From an uncultured delta proteobacterium (GTDB taxonomy: Bacteria > Desulfobacterota > Desulfobulbia > Desulfobulbales > SURF-16): a DNA stretch of 64,000 nt. The position numbers and the translations under genes are program-made. Numbering within the stretch: position 1 is the first letter of the stretch; each line of letters starts with the position of its first letter. The notes under the pieces were generated by a model. The model had not been told where the DNA came from. It ran no database searches and saw nothing but the letters and a program-made list of their open reading frames with translations. Positions 57,689-64,000 of the stretch are shown here, piece by piece. The stretch spans positions 12,362-76,361 of the forward strand of contig CAVSQR010000056.1 of NCBI GenBank assembly GCA_963729825.1, in the 5' to 3' direction.

Positions 57689-58968
57689 TTCCATTTTGAT
57701 TCTGGGAGTAAACCACAAGACCGCACCTGTGGAGGTTCGCGAGCAGCTCGCCTTTACCAGTGACCCGGAAAGGCCATTCAAAAAACTGAGAGAAATCCCC
57801 GGCTGTTCGGAATTCTGTTTTCTGTCAACCTGCAACAGGGTCGAGGTGATCTTTACCAGCCCCCACCAGACGGAAACCATCCGCTCCATCAAAAAATTTC
57901 TTTTTGCCACCAGCAATATCAAGGAAGATGATATTGACAACTTCATTTACCTGCACCGCGGCGCGGACGCCATCACCCATCTTTACCGCGTGGCGGCAAG
58001 CCTCGATTCCATGGTGGTCGGTGAACCGCAGATCCTGGGCCAGCTCAAGGACGCCTACCGCGATTCCGCCGATCAGGGAATGCACCGGCGTCATCTTAAA
58101 CCGTCTCCTGCACAAGGCGTTTTCCGTGGCCAAACGCATCCGTACCGAAACAAATATCGGCGGCAGCGCGGTTTCCATCAGTTATGCCGCCGTGGAGCTG
58201 GCCAAGAAAATTTTCGGTAATCTCGAGGGCAAAAAGGTGCTGCTGGTGGGAGCCGGCGAGATGGCGGAGCTTGCCGCCGAACATCTCGTCAACCAGGGCA
58301 TTTCCGAAGTGATTGTCGCCAACCGCACCCTGGAGCGGGCCGTCAATCTGGCCAAACGCTTCAACGGCAAGGCGGTGGGACTGGCTGAATTGCACGCCCA
58401 GATGGAGCTTGTTGATATCATGGTCAGCTCGACCGGCGCAAGCGGCCTGATCCTGCACCAGGAAGACGTCAAACCCATCATGAAACAGCGGAAGAACCGC
58501 CCGCTCTTTCTCATTGATATAGCGGTGCCGCGGGATCTTGATCCCAAGCTCAACGACCTGGATAACATCTATCTCTACGATGTTGACGATCTCAGCCAGG
58601 TGGTTGAGGGGAACAAGGCTGAAAGGGAACAGGAGGCGCTGCGGGCGGAACGTATCGTCACCGAGGAGACGCTGAAATTTCTTCAGTGGATTGAAGACAT
58701 GCAGCTCACCCCCACCATTGCCGCCCTGCGCCGGAAAGCCGACACCATCGCCCAGGCCGAACTTGCCAAGACCATCTCTCATTGCGGCAACCTGGGCGCC
58801 AGGGACATCAAGTCCATCGAGAAAATGGCAGGGGCAATTATCAACAAGATCCTGCATGATCCGATTCTCTTTCTCAAAGAGGGCCATAGCCACGAGGACA
58901 AACGTCTCAAACTCGATTTCACGAGAAAAATTTTCGGCCTGGACCTTGAACCGGAAAAAGAGGAATAA
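57678..58968 (+). CDS. hemA: Glutamyl-tRNA reductase, frameshifted near 58074-58084
   Basis: The N-terminus is MSVDSILILGVNHKTAPVEVREQLAF and the active-site region is LSTCNRVE. ORF 57904..58968 continues TGVILNRLLHKAFSVAKRIRTETNIG...LLVGAGEMAEL. Confidence 0.9.
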
Positions 58969-59151
58969 GACATTCTTGACAAGATGTCCGCACAATGCTA
59001 TTTTACCCAATTCATTTTTAATATTATTCCATAGAGGGCAGCGCTCATAGTTCCACTAGTTTGGAACAGAAGAAACGGTTCATGGGCTTCCCTTGGCTTT
59101 CAAACAGACCGCCTATGGCTGGCAAAATAATTTTTTCCGAGGACAATTGTT

Positions 59152-59289
59152 ATGAGTAAACGTACTTTCCAACCCAGCAATATCAAACGCAGCCGCACCC
59201 ATGGATTCCGGGCCCGGATGAAAACAAAAGCAGGGCGGGCCGTTATCTCCCGCCGTCGCGCCAAGGGTCGCGTCCGCCTCTCAGCATAA
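59152..59289 (+). CDS. rpmH: 50S ribosomal protein L34
   Basis: This gene is not in the ORF track because it is shorter than 60 aa. My translation is [45 protein letters not shown]. Confidence 0.95.
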   Translation: MSKRTFQPSNIKRSRTHGFRARMKTKAGRAVISRRRAKGRVRLSA

Positions 59290-59300
59290 GCCCGGCAACT

Positions 59301-59660
59301 ATGCCAGATAAGGGAAAGGCCAGGCAGACGCTGCCCAAGGTGGCTCTGCTTAGTAAGCCAAAGGAATTTCAGGCTGTTTATCGAAATGGCAAACGGCTTC
59401 GCGGGAAAGAATTCAGCCTCATTTTCATGCCCAACGGTTTGCACACAAACAGGCTGGGCATCAGTGTCCATGGTGTTAAGAGGGCTGTTGCGCGCAACAG
59501 AATCAAACGAATCATCAGAGAATTCTATCGGCTAAACAGACAGTTTATCTCTCCTTCGTCAGATATCGTCATCGCTGTCCGCAAAGATTTCCCCCCCGAT
59601 TCCCCCCAGGAAGTGGAACGTGCCGTCAGGCCGCTCCTGCACAACCTCCTTCCGGCATAA
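59301..59660 (+). CDS. rnpA: Ribonuclease P protein component
   Basis: The sequence contains KEFQAVYRNGKRLRGKEFSLIF...RLGISVHGVKRAVARNRIKRIIREFYR. It follows rpmH. Confidence 0.9.
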   Translation: MPDKGKARQTLPKVALLSKPKEFQAVYRNGKRLRGKEFSLIFMPNGLHTNRLGISVHGVKRAVARNRIKRIIREFYRLNRQFISPSSDIVIAVRKDFPPDSPQEVERAVRPLLHNLLPA

Positions 59661-59676
59661 TCCCGATGCAGCTCTG

Positions 59677-59793
59677 CAGGTTGTCGAAAAATGTAGCGAG
59701 CACCCTAAAGGGTTTATGCCTCTGCTGAGACAAGGGAAAATGAGACGAATTTTGTCACCGTCTCAGCAAGTGTAGTAGTTTTTCAACAGCCTG
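59677..59793. repeat. Nested inverted-repeat element between rnpA and yidD
   Basis: The outer inverted repeat is caggttgtcgaaaaa / tttttcaacagcctg (13 of 15 positions pair). The inner inverted repeat is tgctgagac (59723-59731) / gtctcagca (59760-59768). Confidence 0.7.
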
Positions 59794-59854
59794 ATAGTTA
59801 TTTCACCTGGCCGGTTTCATCATCATACCCGGCCATAATAGGCAATGAGAGCAG

Positions 59855-60073
59855 ATGAGTATGAAAAAACTACTCCTTTTTCTTATCCGAGGCTATCAGA
59901 CGATACTGTCACCTCTGTTGCCTCAGGCATGCCGTTTTACTCCGAGCTGTTCCCATTACGCAATCGAGGCAATCAAACAACATGGCTCCCTGAAGGGATC
60001 CTTGCTGGCTAGCTACCGCATTCTGCGCTGCCAGCCGTTTTGCCGCGGCGGCTACGACCCCGTAAAAAAATAA
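59855..60073 (+). CDS. yidD: Membrane protein insertion efficiency factor YidD
   Basis: The sequence is [53 protein letters not shown]. Confidence 0.9.
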   Translation: MSMKKLLLFLIRGYQTILSPLLPQACRFTPSCSHYAIEAIKQHGSLKGSLLASYRILRCQPFCRGGYDPVKK

Positions 60074-60085
60074 AAGGAATGTGAC

Positions 60086-61730
60086 ATGGATACCCAGAGA
60101 GCCTTCATAGCCATCGTGCTATCGCTCGCCATACTGCTCGGCTATCAGTATTTTTTCGCGCCTCCGCCATCCCAGGAGATGGCCCAGGAGGTTCAGCAGC
60201 CCGCCGTTGATACAGGTGTGACCTCTCCCTGCAACCGCACCGGTCAAAGCAATCACCGCGGCTCCGGTGGAAAAACCGCTTGTTAGTGATAACGGGCGCC
60301 AGGGCCGCGATATCACTGTTGAGACAAATCTTTACTCAGGGGTGATTTCCGAAACAGGCGGTGGTATCAAGAGCTTCAAGCTGAAAAAATACAGAGAAGA
60401 CCTTAACCCGCAATCAGACCTCAAGGAGTTGATCAAAACGGTCTCCCCCCAGGAACTGCCGCTCTTTTTCTCCTGGGGAGTGGAACCGGAGAAAGCCGGA
60501 GTCCCGGTTTATCAGGCGGACAAAGACAAGCTGCAGGTCAGCGGTACGGGAAAATCCATTACCTTGCAGAGCCAGATGCCGTCAGGCCTGGAACTGACCA
60601 GAACCATGACTTTTTCCGAAGACAGCTACCTGATCAACCTGACGGTGGATGTTCGCAACACCTCAAGTGAACATCAACTGCAGGGCGCCCCGTTTCTGGC
60701 CATGACCAACAAACCGTTCACCGCAAACGATGCCAACAAATTCATTTTCAAGGGACCGGCTCTGTATAAAAACGGCGCGCTGGAAGAGATCAAAACCGAT
60801 GACTTGAAAAAAGGCGACCAGACCCGCAAAGGCAATCTGACATGGGTTGCCTATGAAGACACCTACTTCATGACCTGCATCATTCCCGAAGCCGGCAGCC
60901 AGGAAAGCGTGCATTTCGCCATAGCTGGCGACGATACCGTTGCAACCGTAGTGGGAGGAGACGTCGTCATGTTGCCCCCCCAGAGCCAGAAGCGCTATTC
61001 CTACACCATCTATTTCGGCCCCAAGGAGCTTCGCACCCTGAAAACGGCAGGACACGACCTGGACAAGATCGTCAATTTCGGCTGGTTTGATCTGCTGGCC
61101 AAACCAATGCTGTATCTGCTCAATTTTCTCTATGGCTTCCTGCACAATTACGGACTGGCCATCATCCTGGTCACCATCATCATCAAGGCCCTTTTCTGGC
61201 CCATTGCCCACAAGGGCATGAAATCCATGAAAACCCTGCAGAAACTGCAGCCGAAAATGGCAAAACTGCGGGAAAAATATGCCAACGACAAAGAGAGGCT
61301 GAACAAGGAGATGATTCAGCTCTACCAGACCTACAAGGTGAATCCCATGGGCGGCTGCCTGCCCATGGTTCTGCAGATTCCCGTCTTTTTCGCCCTGTAC
61401 AAGGTTCTGCTGCAGACCATCGAGCTGCGCCACGCCCCGTTCATGCTGTGGATCACCGATCTGTCCGCCCCTGACCGGCTTTATATCGGCTTTGATATTC
61501 CGGTGCTGCACGGCATTCCGGTGTTGACTCTGCTGATGGGCGCATCCATGTTTCTCCAGCAGAAAATGACACCCTCCACCTCGGACCCAACCCAGGCCAG
61601 GATCATGATGTTTCTGCCGGTTGTCTTTACCTTCATGTTCATCAATTTTGCCTCGGGACTGGTTCTCTACTGGTTTGTCAACAATCTTTTAGCCATGGCC
61701 CAACAGTATGTCATTAACAAGGCGGATTGA
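60086..61730 (+). CDS. yidC: Membrane protein insertase YidC, frameshifted near 60222-60231
   Basis: The N-terminus is MDTQRAFIAIVLSLAILLGYQYFF. The C-terminal core contains GLAIILVTIIIKALFWPI...NPMGGCLPMVLQIPVFFALY. Confidence 0.9.
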
Positions 61731-61799
61731 CAGCAGGCTGCGGTAATTCTCACCTCAAATGCCGAAAGTGTACCACCGTCATTCAATTTGGAGATAAAT

Positions 61800-62731
61800 A
61801 TGGGCGCAAAGCAGCAATTTAAGGGAAAAGACGTTGACGAAGCCATTACCATGGCCTGTGACAAACTTGGCGTCTCCCGGGAAGATCTTACAATTGAAAT
61901 CCTTTCAACCGGTTCTTCCGGAATTTTTGGCCTCTGCCGCAAACAGGCAATTATCCGTGCCGCCAAAAAAAGTATTAGAAACAGAACTTCACCCGGTGCA
62001 GGCCACGCGAACCCATGGCAAGTCCAACCAAGCAGGAGAAACCGCCCGCCGCCGCACCCCAACCCGTTGCCGAAGCCGTAAACGGCCGGTTGCAGAGCAA
62101 GACCGCCTCGTTGCAGAACAAGCCCCCCCTGCGGTTGAAGCCCTGCCTGCGGAGGAACCTAAAAAGAAACGCCCGCCGGTTGAGCGTCCCCAGGAACCGG
62201 TGGTTCCCCTGACTCCCGAAGTCCTGGCGCAGATCAAAGGCGATCTGGAACAGATGCTGACCCTTATGGGCTTTCCGGCAGAAATCGTGGTGGAAGAAAA
62301 AAACAATAAGGCCCAGGTGAAAATCTTCTGGGGAGCATATCGAGGAACTGATCACCAAAGACGGCCAGGCGCTGGACAGCATTCAGTATCTGATGCGCAA
62401 AATCATCAGCAAGAAATTCCCCCAGAAAATCATGTTTTCCATCGATGCCGGTGAATTCCGGGAAAAACGCAAAGTGGAGCTGGAGGAACTGGCGCTGAAA
62501 CTGGCTCAGGAAGTGAAAGAGACGGAAAAAACAAGGACCATCCCTCCCTTGAATCCGGCGGAACGGCGCGTTGTTCATCTCATTCTGCAGGATGATAAAA
62601 CCATCCGCAGCCGCAGCGTGGGTGACGGCCTTTTCAAGAAAATTCTCATTTATCTGCCCGGCAAGGGCCGCATCCGCAAAAAACCGCAACGCAGAAAAGG
62701 GAAGAAGGAAAAATTGACAATTGCGGAATGA
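61800..62731 (+). CDS. jag: Jag/KhpB-type RNA-binding protein (Jag_N, KH and R3H domains), with two to three frameshifts
   Basis: Jag_N is FKGKDVDEAITMACDKLGVSREDLTIEILSTGSSGIFG. The linker is Pro/Ala-rich and spread across frames. The R3H region is LNPAERRVVHLILQDDKTIRSRSVGDGLFKKILI. The shifts lie within about 61975-62110 and 62321-62335. Confidence 0.8.
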
Positions 62732-62799
62732 TATTTGATAATAGTGGCAACCTCTGACAGGATGTTGAAAACTATTATAAAATTGTCTTTTTCCTCGAA

Positions 62800-64000
62800 A
62801 TGGCCGATACCACTTCCGACACATCCGTCCCCCGCAACGTTGAAACAACCATAGCCGCCATCGCCACTCCTCCCGGCCCCGGCGGCATCGGTATCATCCG
62901 GATCAGCGGCAGCCAGGCCCTGCCCATTCTGACCTCCCTTTTTTCCCCGAACTGCGGAACCACCGAATACCGCAGCCATCGGCTCTATTACGGCTGGATT
63001 AAAGATCCGCAGACAAAACAGCCCATTGACGAGGTGATGGCTGTTTTCATGCAGGCTCCCAAAACATACACCAGGGAGGATATCGTCGAAATTCAATGTC
63101 ACGGCAGCTATCTGGTCCTGCAGGACATCCTGAGCCAGGTCATCACTCTCGGCGCCGCCCTGGCCGAACCGGGAGAATTCACCAAACGGGCCTTTCTAAA
63201 CGGTCGTATCGACCTCACCCAGGCTGAGGCGGTTATCGAACTGCTGCAGGCCAAAACCAGGGAAGGCCTCGGCCTGGCCATGTCCCAGCTGCAGGGCCGC
63301 CTGGGCGCCGTGGTCAGCAGCATCCGTACCGCTCTCATCTCGCTGCGCGCCATTATTGAAGTCGCCATCGATTTTCCCGACGATGACGTTGAGATCATCA
63401 ACGCCCGGGTCATGGGTGAAAAGCTTGACCGCGAAATCATCGTTCCCCTGCAGGAGCTCATCAGATCCGCCAAGCAGGGGAAAATCTTCCGTGACGGCAT
63501 CTCGGTTATTATCCTCGGCCACCCCAATGTCGGCAAATCAAGCCTGCTCAATGCCCTGTTGCGGGAAGAAAGGGCCATTGTCACGGCCATCCCCGGCACC
63601 ACCCGGGACACCATCGAGGAATTCCTTGACATCAAAGGAATGCCGGTGCGCATCATTGATACTGCCGGCATTCGCGACAATGCGGAAGAGGTGGAGGAGA
63701 TGGGCATCGTCCGGGCACGCAAAAAACTGGCCGAAGCTGATCTGGTGCTCTTGATCGTCGACGGCACCCAACCGCCCACAGATGCCGACGCCAGACTTTA
63801 TGAGTCCGTGGGGGACAAAAAAATCCTGCTGGTGGTCAACAAAATTGATCTGGCCTGCCAGGATGACGCAGTCTTTGCGGCAGCCTTTCCCGCCATTCCC
63901 CGGGTTTTTATTTCCGCCAGGACCCATGCGGGCATCACTGATCTGGAAAACGCCCTGTTTACCCTGGTCACCGGCGGGTCGGATTGGGATCCGGGTTACG
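62800..64000 (+). CDS. mnmE: tRNA modification GTPase MnmE (3' end outside the window)
   Basis: This gene is not in the ORF track because it has no stop within the window. My translation gives TIAAIATPPGPGGIGIIRISG...YTREDIVEIQCHGS...AEPGEFTKRAFLNGRIDLTQAEAV...ILGHPNVGKSSLLNAL...DTAGIRD. Confidence 0.9.
   Translation, partial: MADTTSDTSVPRNVETTIAAIATPPGPGGIGIIRISGSQALPILTSLFSPNCGTTEYRSHRLYYGWIKDPQTKQPIDEVMAVFMQAPKTYTREDIVEIQCHGSYLVLQDILSQVITLGAALAEPGEFTKRAFLNGRIDLTQAEAVIELLQAKTREGLGLAMSQLQGRLGAVVSSIRTALISLRAIIEVAIDFPDDDVEIINARVMGEKLDREIIVPLQELIRSAKQGKIFRDGISVIILGHPNVGKSSLLNALLREERAIVTAIPGTTRDTIEEFLDIKGMPVRIIDTAGIRDNAEEVEEMGIVRARKKLAEADLVLLIVDGTQPPTDADARLYESVGDKKILLVVNKIDLACQDDAVFAAAFPAIPRVFISARTHAGITDLENALFTLVTGGSDWDPGY

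Noticed and set aside
58969-59151. A possible replication origin (oriC) next to the rpmH-rnpA-yidC-jag-mnmE cluster.
   Set aside because: No dnaA gene is present in the window, and I found no cluster of TTATCCACA-like DnaA boxes. The only near matches are isolated, for example tgtggatga near 55452.

Overview
This 64-kb chromosomal window has the gene content of a flagellated, sulfate-reducing Desulfobacterota organism; a Desulfobulbales-like origin is inference only. The left end (1-10 kb) is a flagellar filament and flagellin-glycosylation locus: methyltransferase, Maf/DUF115, a TPR protein, an 826-aa flagellin, fliD, fliS, an FlgN-like gene and flaG. Housekeeping genes follow: sat, aroB, tatBC, purA, rpoZ, dnaJ, moaC, dksA, galT, folE2, glyS, ald, a TatT-associated TRAP transporter, hemL, atpZ-I-B-E, rimO, an IHF-like gene, a UbiD-family decarboxylase and sirC-ccsA-hemA. 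The window ends with the rpmH-rnpA-yidD-yidC-jag-mnmE cluster. I recognised no rRNA, tRNA, CRISPR array, transposase, integrase or phage gene. The parts worth a second look are listed here.
1. The maf gene is split exactly at a G10 tract.
2. The flagellin is very large, with a G/S/T-rich repeat core, and has sigma-28 and CsrA-type leader signals.
3. There are three families of small palindromic (MITE/REP-like) intergenic repeats. Two identical inverted copies of one family bracket the maf-to-fliS block.
4. A roughly 1070-codon gene (13361-16582, minus strand) joins an unknown N-terminal domain, nine acidic tandem repeats of 183-186 nt and a C-terminal FGE/SUMF1 domain. It is disrupted at least six times.
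5. A full-length type IA topoisomerase homologue lacks the catalytic Tyr/Arg.
6. A five-gene lipoprotein operon contains three FlgO/TolB-N-like paralogues.
Major caveat: about 15 genes, including essential ones (atpB, hemA, yidC, tatA/B), carry roughly 25 single-nucleotide indel frameshifts, many at short homopolymers. Assembly error is therefore the default explanation for every frameshift here, including the attractive ones.
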